Source: Fluviicola sp. (GTDB lineage: Bacteria > Bacteroidota > Bacteroidia > Flavobacteriales_D > Crocinitomicaceae). From it: DNA of 64,000 nucleotides. Position numbers and translations under genes: made by a program. The notes beneath the pieces were generated by a model. It saw only the letters and a program-made list of their open reading frames with translations, made no database searches and was not told where the DNA came from. This document shows positions 55,610 to 64,000 of this stretch, piece after piece. The DNA lies in assembly GCF_039596395.1 (NCBI RefSeq), contig NZ_JBCNJT010000001.1:715315-779314 (forward strand), given 5' to 3'. How positions within the stretch are numbered: position 1 is the first letter of the stretch; each line of letters starts with the position of its first letter.

Positions 55610-56530
55610 TTAATATAGTTTTTGTCGTTTCAATAAATACTTCACCAATACATCCTGGATCGGGTCTTTGATGTCGATTGCATAAAAATCTACGTGGTAT
55701 TGCGTGCATTTTAAACTCACCTCGTTGAAGTAGCGATTGATTTCCGTGGTGTATTTTTCCTTGATCTCAGCCGGTTGCAGTTTCATTTTTTCACCCGTTT
55801 CCATGTCGATGAGGTTGATCGGGTTGTGGCCCAGTTCAAAATCGATTTCCGTAGATTTGTCCATCACGTGGAAAAGGACCACTTCGTGTTTATTATGCTT
55901 CATGTGCTGAATGCTTTGCATGAATTCATCCAGGCGTGAAGGATCGTCCAGCAAATCCGTGAAAATAACAATCAGGCTTCTTTTGTGACACAATTCCGCA
56001 ACATCGTGCAGGCTGGAAATGGTTTCCGTTAATTTCGGGTCAACAGGCTGGTATTCGTGCAGCTGTTTTTCCATTTCGTGCAGCAGGAAACGGTGATGAG
56101 CACCCGATGATTTTGCCGGAGTATGCAGGAACAGTTTGTTGTGGAACAGGGAAAGTCCCACGGCATCGCGTTGTCTTTTCAGTAATTCGGATAAAGATGC
56201 TGCGGCAAGTACCGAAAATTCCAGTTTCGAAAGCGTATTTTTCCCGCTGTAGTACATGGAAGAAGAAGTGTCGACCACCATTTGGCAGCGCAGGTTGGTT
56301 TCTTCCTCGTATTTTTTGGTGAACATTTTTTCCGACCGGCCATACAATTTCCAGTCGATGTGGCGCGTAGATTCTCCGGGATTGTACAAACGGTGCTCTG
56401 CGAATTCCACGGAAAAACCATGGAACGGACTTTTGTGCATTCCGGTAATGAAACCTTCTACGACCTGTTTTGCAAGTAATTCAAGATTGCCGAATTGGGC
56501 CAGCTGGTCCTTTTGGATGGTAGTCAACAT
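55610..56530 (-). CDS. DUF58 family (vWA-like, MoxR-associated) protein
   Basis: GMHKSPFHGFSVEFAEHR, RHIDWK, EEETNL, VDTSSSM, QRDAVGL. Confidence 0.93.
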   Translation of the reverse strand: MLTTIQKDQLAQFGNLELLAKQVVEGFITGMHKSPFHGFSVEFAEHRLYNPGESTRHIDWKLYGRSEKMFTKKYEEETNLRCQMVVDTSSSMYYSGKNTLSKLEFSVLAAASLSELLKRQRDAVGLSLFHNKLFLHTPAKSSGAHHRFLLHEMEKQLHEYQPVDPKLTETISSLHDVAELCHKRSLIVIFTDLLDDPSRLDEFMQSIQHMKHNKHEVVLFHVMDKSTEIDFELGHNPINLIDMETGEKMKLQPAEIKEKYTTEINRYFNEVSLKCTQYHVDFYAIDIKDPIQDVLVKYLLKRQKLY

Positions 56531-56580
56531 GCTTCGAAAATACGTATAAATGTGATTGATTGCGGGAAGTTTGACGAATT

Positions 56581-57522
56581 TTAAGAAAGAACTTCCGTTT
56601 CGGTATCGATTACCAGTTCTGCTTCTTTTTTACTCTTTCTGCCGGCCCGGAAAACAGTGCCTGCAATGACTCCGGAAATCACCAGGCAAACACCGATTAA
56701 TGAAGCTAATTCCAGCTTTTCATCAAAAATAAACCAGCCGGAAAGCAAAGCGTAGATCGCGCCGATGTATTGGAAAGGTGCAACGACTGCTGTATTTGCC
56801 GACAGGAATGCGCGGGTCATACAAACTTGTGCTATTTGGGTAAACACCCCGATAGTCAATAGAATCAGCCATTCGATTCCCTGTGGAAAGGTGAAATCAA
56901 ACAAACACCAGATTCCTGTCAACGGAAGTGCCAGCATGGGAAAGTAAACCACGATATTGATAGTTTCTTCGGTTTCTTTCAGTTTTGAAATGGCATTGTA
57001 GGCAATTCCGGAGAGAACAGCAGAAAGGATTCCCATTCCCATCCAGAAAAGATCCGCATTTTGCCCGCTGAATCCGCCTGAAAGCCCGTTGAGCCCGATG
57101 AAAACAACCCCGAGGAAAGCAATCAGGCTGCTGAAGTACTGCATTTTGCTGACTTTTTCACTGAACAGGCGAGAAGCAATCAAAACGGTGAAAATAGGAG
57201 AAAGGTATTGCAAGGTAGAGGCGATTGCCAGAGGAAGTTTGTGCAGCGTGAAAAAGAAAATCGTCAGTGCGAGCATTCCGGCAGTTCCTCTTAAAAGAAG
57301 CCATCTGCGGTTGTTTCCAAGCAAGGGAAGTCCGCGGTATCTGATAATTGCCGCGCTGATCAGGAATGAAACCAGGCTTCTGAAAAATACCAATTCGTGT
57401 GCAGGATATTTTTGAAGGTGAGGAATGAGATCGTTATCCGGATTGCCGAGCAATTTCACGAAAAAGTTGATGACGAAAAAAGCCATTCCGGAAAGAATGA
57501 TGTAGACAATTCCTTTGATCAT
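56581..57522 (-). CDS. DMT/EamA family transporter
   Basis: About 10 TM helices, ELVFFRS, LQYLSPIFT, APFQY; start likely MIKGIV (57522). Confidence 0.92.
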   Translation of the reverse strand: MIKGIVYIILSGMAFFVINFFVKLLGNPDNDLIPHLQKYPAHELVFFRSLVSFLISAAIIRYRGLPLLGNNRRWLLLRGTAGMLALTIFFFTLHKLPLAIASTLQYLSPIFTVLIASRLFSEKVSKMQYFSSLIAFLGVVFIGLNGLSGGFSGQNADLFWMGMGILSAVLSGIAYNAISKLKETEETINIVVYFPMLALPLTGIWCLFDFTFPQGIEWLILLTIGVFTQIAQVCMTRAFLSANTAVVAPFQYIGAIYALLSGWFIFDEKLELASLIGVCLVISGVIAGTVFRAGRKSKKEAELVIDTETEVLS

Positions 57523-57526
57523 ATCA

Positions 57527-57534
57527 CAAAAGTA
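57527..57534 (-). promoter_or_regulatory. -7 promoter element 4 nt from start codon
   Basis: TACTTTTG-TGAT-ATG. Confidence 0.55.
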
Positions 57535-57627
57535 CACGGTATGTTCAATTTCCGTTCCTATTTGTTCAATTTCATGAACCTGTCTGGAAATACTTTCGTA
57601 GTTTTAGAAGTATAAATGAAGGTGTTT

Positions 57628-58341
57628 ATGAAAAAGCTTCTGATACTGTTATTCGTTTTGAATTTGTTTTCATATTCCAATGCACAAATTGAAAATGACA
57701 AATGGAGTATAACCGGTGAGTTGATGCTGCCTGCCGGATTGGGAAATAAAATGTTCAAGAATTATCTGAACGGATTGGTATACGCCCATCCGAAAATTCA
57801 GTACAAACCGTTTAAACACTGGTATGTGGCTTTCGGACCGAAATACATGTATTACAAAGTGAACCAGTTCCGTATCCCGTTTGAACCGGGAGTCAGTGAC
57901 GATTCTGTTTCCAATCACCAGAAAGTATATTCCATGACCGGCGGAATGCACGTACTTGGAGGCGATATTGAACTGGGATGGACGAGTTGGGTCGGGCCGC
58001 GTTTAGGCCTGGAATTCGGTGTGCGCGGTGGAATTGCGCAGCATTGGTTCAATACTTCCGGCACGCGTGCTTACGGAAAACAGGAAGTAGTAGCAGCTTA
58101 TGTTGAACCGCTGATCTCTATCGTACTGGCATCCGATGAAGCGGTTGCTTACCGCTGGATAGTGGGATACAATTTTACCGGATACAAATTTACCGGCAGC
58201 CGCATCGGTTCCACGACTTCGGGCGGATATTCCGAGAAGGATCTGAGGGGCCCGACACAATCCGTGTTTGTCGGCTTTGCCATTTCCCTATATTTCAATA
58301 ATCAACGTTCAGACGTGTTCCTGGATGAGCCGGCAGAGTAG
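57628..58341 (+). CDS. Hypothetical outer-membrane beta-barrel protein
   Basis: Signal peptide MKKLLILLFVLNLFSYSNAQ; alternating beta-strands. Confidence 0.75.
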   Translation: MKKLLILLFVLNLFSYSNAQIENDKWSITGELMLPAGLGNKMFKNYLNGLVYAHPKIQYKPFKHWYVAFGPKYMYYKVNQFRIPFEPGVSDDSVSNHQKVYSMTGGMHVLGGDIELGWTSWVGPRLGLEFGVRGGIAQHWFNTSGTRAYGKQEVVAAYVEPLISIVLASDEAVAYRWIVGYNFTGYKFTGSRIGSTTSGGYSEKDLRGPTQSVFVGFAISLYFNNQRSDVFLDEPAE

Positions 58342-58345
58342 CAAA

Positions 58346-58424
58346 GTTTAATGGTTCAAAAGTTTAAAAAGGTCAAAAAACTGTGAATTCCTTTTGAACG
58401 ATTAAACAAATTTATCTTTTGAAC
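58346..58424. repeat. Palindromic element of GTTCAAAA units (same family as 7899-7985)
   Basis: GTTTAATG GTTCAAAA GTTTAAAAA GGTCAAAA ... TTTTGAAC GATTAAAC ... TTTTGAAC. Confidence 0.75.
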
Positions 58425-58447
58425 AAAAACGAGCTATGCTCGTTTTT
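58425..58447. terminator. Bidirectional terminator
   Basis: AAAAACGAGC-TAT-GCTCGTTTTT. Confidence 0.85.
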
Positions 58448-58620
58448 TGCTTTTTATTTAACTGTTTCCACCATTCACGGTGTTGTAGTTACCATTCGCC
58501 GATTTTTGATGGTATGGTAAACGTTCCGTGCCGAAATTTGCTCCGATTAATAGTTGATTTAACTCAAAGTGCTTAGTTTTACTGAGATTTTGGATTACTC
58601 AATGAATAAATCGAAAAGAA

Positions 58621-58638
58621 TTTAAACGCTTGTTTAAA
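58621..58638. promoter_or_regulatory. Candidate TetR operator
   Basis: TTTAAAC-GCTT-GTTTAAA immediately upstream of -7 motif TAAATTTG (58648-58655). Confidence 0.65.
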
Positions 58639-58671
58639 ATTGTTGTTTAAATTTGTCGCGATTTTAAAAAT

Positions 58672-59292
58672 ATGAGCAAAGAACTATCTACAGAAGAAAA
58701 GATCCGCGAAGCTGCAAAGAGTGTCTTTATTGCTAAGGGATTTGACGGCTGTACCTCCCGGGAAATAGCCAAAGCTGCGGGAATGAACGTGGCGCTTGTA
58801 AACTACTACTTCTGTTCCAAGAAACAATTGTTTAAGCTCATTTTTGAAACCGCCATGGAAGATTTTATGCTTTCAACGGTGGAAGTCTTCCGGAAGGATC
58901 TTAGCCTGGAGTCGAAAATGCGCATTTTTATCGAGCGGGAATATGAATTCCTGACTTCTCATCCGGATATTCCGCGTTTTATTTTATCCGAGCTTTCAAG
59001 AGGTGATAAGTGTGAATTCGATCATGCGGGAATCCTGGATAAAATCTCCAGTACAGGCGTTTTTGAAGAATTGCTGGAAGCCCAGGAAAAAGGAGTGATC
59101 CGCAAAATCGATCTTACCAATATCATGCTGATGATCATGTCGAACTGTCATTATCCCTTCATGGCAAAACCCTTGTTGAAATACCTGAACAGTTTGTCGG
59201 AAGAAGAATACCAGGAGCGTTTGATGCTCCAGAAACAATACGTTACGGAAATGCTGATCGGGTATCTGTTTAACCCGAAAACAAATATATAA
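58672..59292 (+). CDS. TetR/AcrR family regulator
   Basis: KIREAAKSVFIAKGFDGCTSREIAKAAGMNVALVNYYF. Confidence 0.95.
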   Translation: MSKELSTEEKIREAAKSVFIAKGFDGCTSREIAKAAGMNVALVNYYFCSKKQLFKLIFETAMEDFMLSTVEVFRKDLSLESKMRIFIEREYEFLTSHPDIPRFILSELSRGDKCEFDHAGILDKISSTGVFEELLEAQEKGVIRKIDLTNIMLMIMSNCHYPFMAKPLLKYLNSLSEEEYQERLMLQKQYVTEMLIGYLFNPKTNI

Positions 59293-59318
59293 ACACTTCA
59301 TTTAAACAAAGATTTAAT

Positions 59319-60620
59319 ATGAGAAATGGTTTTTTAGGTGTACTCATGGTTTTAGGAGTCGGAAGCGGTGCTTCGGCTCAGGTACTGGACCTTGAAACAT
59401 GTTTGAAGATGGCGGATACGGCCAATTTATCCATTGTTAATTCCCGTTTGGACGTAACAATGAATAAAAGCCAGGTTTCTTCCTACTTAACTGCGCGTTA
59501 CCCGAAGATTGTGGCAAATGCCGATTATCGGTACAACGCGATTATTCCCGGCCAGTTATTGCCGGCAGAGATCTTCGGAGGTACTCCGGGACAATATGCA
59601 ACGGTAAAATTTGGTGTTCCTTACGTATTCAGCAACTCCATCCAGTTGCAGCAGATTTTGTTCAATCCGCAGGTAAATTACGGGATCGCTACCCTGAAAA
59701 TTCAGCAGGAAGTAGTGGAAATCCAGCAAAAGATTACCGAGCGCGACAGCAAAACGCAGGTTGCCAATACCTTCTTCAATTTGCAGGCAGTGAACAAACA
59801 AATTGCTTTCGTGGATTCGAACCTGGTAAATATCGAGCGCCTGATCGGGAATATGGAAGCCATGGAGAAACAGAAAATGGTAGTGAAAACAGAAGTGGAC
59901 AAATTGCGTATCAACCGCTTGAATTCGGTGAATGCCAAGCAAACACTTTTGGCCAATAAAGACCAGTTGGAAATGCTGTTGAAGATCCTGATCGGTTTAC
60001 CGGAAGATCAGAAAATCACCCTGGCATCGGATGATTTGGTGGAGAAATCCATTTTGGTGGACGGAAGCACGATCAATTACCCGGAACTGGAATTGGTAAG
60101 TGCACAGAAACGGATGAATGAAGAAGAGAAAAAAGGAAATAATATGGCGTATTTACCTTCGCTTTCTTTCATTGCGGGATACAATTATACTTATAACATG
60201 AAGCCGGAAGATAAAGTGCGCCAGGGAATTCCATCCGCGTTTTTGGGAATCCGCCTCGACTGGACCTTGTTTGACGGAATGGAGAAATACTACAAGCAAA
60301 AAGTTACCAAGGTGGCCCACATGAAACTGGAGAACCAGGAAGAATTGTTGAGCCAGCAATTGCACATGCAAACTGAAAATGCAAAACGCCAGATCGAAAT
60401 CCAGGTGAATTCATTGGGGATTGCACAGGAACAATTGAAGCTTTCCCAAAGTGTTTACAAGCAAACGGAACTTCAGTATAATGAAGGAACAGTTGATTCC
60501 AACGATCTTGTAAAGGCGAGCACGGATTTGCAGCAATCACAAACGAATGTGGTTTTGGCGTATGTTCAGTTGCGCCAGGCGGAATTAGAGTATTTGAAAA
60601 ACATAGGAAACGTTAAATAA
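59319..60620 (+). CDS. TolC family outer-membrane efflux protein
   Basis: Signal peptide, LQQILFNP, AYLPSLS, LDWTLFDG, YNEG. Confidence 0.9.
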   Translation: MRNGFLGVLMVLGVGSGASAQVLDLETCLKMADTANLSIVNSRLDVTMNKSQVSSYLTARYPKIVANADYRYNAIIPGQLLPAEIFGGTPGQYATVKFGVPYVFSNSIQLQQILFNPQVNYGIATLKIQQEVVEIQQKITERDSKTQVANTFFNLQAVNKQIAFVDSNLVNIERLIGNMEAMEKQKMVVKTEVDKLRINRLNSVNAKQTLLANKDQLEMLLKILIGLPEDQKITLASDDLVEKSILVDGSTINYPELELVSAQKRMNEEEKKGNNMAYLPSLSFIAGYNYTYNMKPEDKVRQGIPSAFLGIRLDWTLFDGMEKYYKQKVTKVAHMKLENQEELLSQQLHMQTENAKRQIEIQVNSLGIAQEQLKLSQSVYKQTELQYNEGTVDSNDLVKASTDLQQSQTNVVLAYVQLRQAELEYLKNIGNVK

Positions 60621-60666
60621 GAGAAAGCTCTGTATCAACAGATCTGATAATATAAAAAAACAAGCA

Positions 60667-61716
60667 ATGAGAAGAGTTATTACTATAGTCGTCGTAGCAG
60701 TAGTTTTGGTAGGACTAATTGTATTTAAGTTAATGTCGAACAAGAAAGAAGTTCAGGCAAAAATTTTCATCAACGATGTAAACGCAGCGGTTTTGGTTAA
60801 GACCGGATATCCGACTACCCATTCATTTGAAAGTTCATTGGCTTTTCTCGGAACATTCGAGCCTTCCCGCCAAAATACGATCGGATCTGATGCAAACGGG
60901 AAATTGGTAAGCATCCGTTTTGAAGAAGGAGACCAAGTGCGTCAGGGCCAGTTATTGGCAAAAGTAGATGATGAAATGCTACAGTTACAGCTTCAGAATG
61001 CCGACGTAGGTTTGGAAGGCCAGAAGAATGACGACAGACGTTACTCCAACCTGGAAAAAGAAAATGCCGTTTCAGGTGTTCAGGTAGAGAAAACGCGTTT
61101 GGGAGTTCGTTCCGGTGAATTGCAGAAGAAGCAAATTCAGAAACAAATCAAGAGTACTTCCATCGTTGCTCCTTATTCCGGGGTGATTACCAGAAAAATG
61201 ATCGATTTGGGATCATTCGTGGGGCAGGGAACGCCTTTGTTTGAATTGACAGATATTTCAAGCCTGAAACTGACGGTAAACGTTCCGGAAAGAGACGTGT
61301 TGAAATTCCGTTTGGGACAGGCAGTTTCTGTAAGAGCAGATATTTACGGAGACCAGGAATTTCCCGGAAAGATTACGAATATTTCGGTAGTTGCGGACAG
61401 AGCACACAACTTCAAAGTGCAGATCACGGTTCCAAACCCGAAAAGAGATTTGATGGCGGGAATGTACGGTTCGGTTCGTTTGAAAAACAATGCAAGCGTA
61501 ACCCGCCTTGCTGTGCCGCGTGTTGCTTTGGTAGGTTCATCCAAGAATCCGCAGGTATATGTTGTTCGTAACAACGTAGCGCATCTGACCACATTCAACG
61601 CAGGAACTTCAGACGGAGATTACATCGAAGTAGTGAGCGGAATCAACAAAGGAGACGTCATCGTTGTAAAAGGACAGGTGAACCTTCAGGACAAAACAAA
61701 GATCAAAACCAATTAA
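60667..61716 (+). CDS. RND periplasmic adaptor (MFP)
   Basis: EGDQVRQGQLLAKVD, IVAPYSGVI, VPERD, LMAGMYG. Confidence 0.93.
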   Translation: MRRVITIVVVAVVLVGLIVFKLMSNKKEVQAKIFINDVNAAVLVKTGYPTTHSFESSLAFLGTFEPSRQNTIGSDANGKLVSIRFEEGDQVRQGQLLAKVDDEMLQLQLQNADVGLEGQKNDDRRYSNLEKENAVSGVQVEKTRLGVRSGELQKKQIQKQIKSTSIVAPYSGVITRKMIDLGSFVGQGTPLFELTDISSLKLTVNVPERDVLKFRLGQAVSVRADIYGDQEFPGKITNISVVADRAHNFKVQITVPNPKRDLMAGMYGSVRLKNNASVTRLAVPRVALVGSSKNPQVYVVRNNVAHLTTFNAGTSDGDYIEVVSGINKGDVIVVKGQVNLQDKTKIKTN

Positions 61717-61730
61717 TAATCTAAGAGGTC

Positions 61731-64000
61731 ATGACATTAACGGAATTATCCATTAAGAGACCGTCCTTCATTATTGTAATCTTTACAATTCTGATCGGTG
61801 GAGGTCTGATAAGTTACAATCAATTAAGCTATGAGCTATTGCCGGATTTCTCTCCGCCAATTCTTACAGTGACTACTTTATACCCGGGAGCTTCTCCTGC
61901 AACTGTTGAAACACAAGTCGCCAAACCTTTGGAAGATGCTTTGAGCGGTTTGGAGAACATTTCCGAGGTAACTACTTTTTCCATGGACAATGCGTCCATC
62001 GTCATGCTGGAGTTCAAAGCTTCCGCAGATATTGATGCCGCCCTGGAAGATGCACAGCGAAAGGTCAATACGATCCTGAATGATTTACCGGAAGGAGCGA
62101 AATCTCCGACCATTGCCAAGATCGAACCGAATGCAGCGCCGGTACTCCAGGTGAGTGCAATTGCGAAGAATATGGACGACCGGGAATTCATGGAGTTGAT
62201 GGATAAACAACTTCTTCCCCAGATCAAACAAACCAAAGGTGTTGCTGAAGTTCAGGTAATCGGAGGTGAGAAAAGAGCATTTCGTGTGGATGTGGACAAA
62301 GACCGCCTGAAAATGTACGGCTTGTCTTTAGGACAAGTGAACCAGATTGTTGCTGCTGCAAACGTGGAGTTTCCTACCGGGAAGCTGAAAAATGAATCGG
62401 AGCAGATGACTGTTCGTTTGGCCGGAAAATTCCAAACGGTTGACGACCTGAAAAACCTGATTATCTATACGGACGGAACTTCTTCTGTGCGTTTAGGTGA
62501 TGTGGCCGATGTAACCGACGGATCGGAAGATGTGGTAACCGTGAGCCGTTTTAACGGATTGAACGGGATAGGTCTTCGAATCAAGAAGCAAAGTGATGCG
62601 AACGCCGTGGATATGGCCAACCTGACGAAGAAGAAATTCAAGGAAATCGAAGAGAAATACAAGGAAGAAGGAATTAAATTCACCGTTGCAACGGATACTT
62701 CGCTTCCTACGATTGAATCGGTAGACGCCGTATTGCACGATTTGGAATTGGCCGTACTATTGGTAGCGGCGGTAATGATGTTGTTCCTGCACAGTTTCAG
62801 AAATGCCCTGATCGTATTGATTGCCATTCCGGCATCTTTGATCTCTACATTTATTGCGATGTACTTGCTGGGTTACACCCTGAACCTGATGACTTTGCTT
62901 GCGATGTCTTTGGTAATCGGTATTCTCGTGGATGACTCCATTGTGGTACTGGAAAACATTTACCGCCACTTACAGATGGGGAAAGGCCGCAGAAAAGCAG
63001 CTTTGGACGGGCGTAACGAGATTGGATTTACGGCATTGGCCATTACCCTGGTGGACGTCGTGGTATTCTCGCCGGTTGTCTTCATTGAAGGAACGATTTC
63101 TGATATCCTGCGCCAATTCTCGGTAGTAGTGGTTGTTTCCACATTGATGTCGCTATTGGTATGTTTTACCCTGACACCTTGGCTGGCTTCCCGTTTGGCA
63201 AAAGAAGTGAAATTGAATCCGAAGAATCCGTTCCAATTATTCCTGATCTGGTTTGAGAATATGATCAAATCCTTCACGGAAGGTTATGTGAAACTGGTTG
63301 CGTGGTCTTTGAAACACAAGATCATCATGGGGCTTGGTGTACTTGTTATTTTCTTTGCAAGTATGGCATCCATGGGACTTGGTATTGTGGGACAGGAATT
63401 CGTTGCCCAGGGAGACCAGGGGAAATTCATGATCAAACTGAAATACGATAAGAGTACCACTTTCGAAGAAAACAATGCTACGACGCTGGAAATCGAGCAG
63501 ATGATTCTTGCTCAGAAAGACGTGATCGATATTGTTTTTGCCAATGTGGGTGGGCCTTCTTCCGGGATGGGTGCTGCTTCTTTCGGTCAGGAAAACCGTT
63601 CTGAGATTACAGTGAAAATGAAGAAGGATATGCAGAAGAAATATCCGACGCTGAAATACATGAACGAAATCCGTAAGAAAATCCAGGACAAATACCCGGG
63701 AGTAGAGGTGAAAGCTTTGAACATGGGAATGGTTGACTCGGAAGAAGCGCCGATCGAGATTTTCCTTTCTTCGGATGATTCTGATCTATTGATGAAAGAA
63801 GCGAAACGCTTGAAACAGCACATTCTGACCATTCCTGGAGCGAAAGATCCGAGTATTTCCACGGATGAGTTTTCCCCGGAAGTACGCATCGATTTGGACC
63901 GCGAGAAAATGGGACAATTGGGCTTGCCGATCGCAAGTGTCGGAATGCAGTTGCAAAACGGGTTGACCGGTAATGACGATGCGCGTTTTGATGTAAAAGG
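61731..64000 (+). CDS. RND efflux permease (AcrB/AcrD/AcrF family), partial
   Basis: Manually translated MTLTELSIKRPSFIIVIF...PGASPATVETQV...GILVDDSIVVLENI; runs off window, absent from ORF track. Confidence 0.93.
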   Translation, partial: MTLTELSIKRPSFIIVIFTILIGGGLISYNQLSYELLPDFSPPILTVTTLYPGASPATVETQVAKPLEDALSGLENISEVTTFSMDNASIVMLEFKASADIDAALEDAQRKVNTILNDLPEGAKSPTIAKIEPNAAPVLQVSAIAKNMDDREFMELMDKQLLPQIKQTKGVAEVQVIGGEKRAFRVDVDKDRLKMYGLSLGQVNQIVAAANVEFPTGKLKNESEQMTVRLAGKFQTVDDLKNLIIYTDGTSSVRLGDVADVTDGSEDVVTVSRFNGLNGIGLRIKKQSDANAVDMANLTKKKFKEIEEKYKEEGIKFTVATDTSLPTIESVDAVLHDLELAVLLVAAVMMLFLHSFRNALIVLIAIPASLISTFIAMYLLGYTLNLMTLLAMSLVIGILVDDSIVVLENIYRHLQMGKGRRKAALDGRNEIGFTALAITLVDVVVFSPVVFIEGTISDILRQFSVVVVVSTLMSLLVCFTLTPWLASRLAKEVKLNPKNPFQLFLIWFENMIKSFTEGYVKLVAWSLKHKIIMGLGVLVIFFASMASMGLGIVGQEFVAQGDQGKFMIKLKYDKSTTFEENNATTLEIEQMILAQKDVIDIVFANVGGPSSGMGAASFGQENRSEITVKMKKDMQKKYPTLKYMNEIRKKIQDKYPGVEVKALNMGMVDSEEAPIEIFLSSDDSDLLMKEAKRLKQHILTIPGAKDPSISTDEFSPEVRIDLDREKMGQLGLPIASVGMQLQNGLTGNDDARFDVK

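Noticed and set aside
58459-58600. Open minus-strand frame (…NQLLIGANFGTERLPYHQKSANGNYNTVNGGNS*)
   Set aside because: No ATG start and no recognisable homology; under 50 codons.

Overview
Chromosomal window from a Bacteroidota bacterium. It is probably Flavobacteriales, Fluviicola/Crocinitomicaceae-like; this is inferred from TAnnTTTG -7 promoter motifs, A-rich SD-less starts, six T9SS type-A CTD cargo proteins and gene order. About 52 CDS are present, including two partial edge genes missing from the ORF track (a lipoprotein at <1..550 and an RND permease at 61731..>64000). Core content: Dpm1-like GT2, pyrC, DUF4296, ruvC, ychF, katG, PduO-type adenosyltransferase, M1 and M28 peptidases, a probable sulfonolipid cysteate acyltransferase, two RND efflux operons, and a hybrid kinase / sigma54 regulator / small secreted protein module interrupted by a decayed rhuM. 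No rRNA, tRNA, CRISPR, transposase or integrase was seen. The most unusual signal is non-coding. (1) A mini-palindrome TCCCGC-N5/11-CGGGACARGC occurs once nested in an intergenic REP-like element and once as an exact 21-nt in-frame insertion in a methyltransferase gene. (2) At least seven intergenic elements are built from degenerate 7-8-nt tandem units, mostly arranged as inverted arms. (3) A structured ~150-nt element plus an 11-bp x4 repeat lies in a 666-bp gene-free gap. (4) A signal-peptide-bearing, His/acidic leader ORF with a downstream hairpin precedes one RND operon (candidate translational sensor). All family calls come from motif recognition only; no searches were run.
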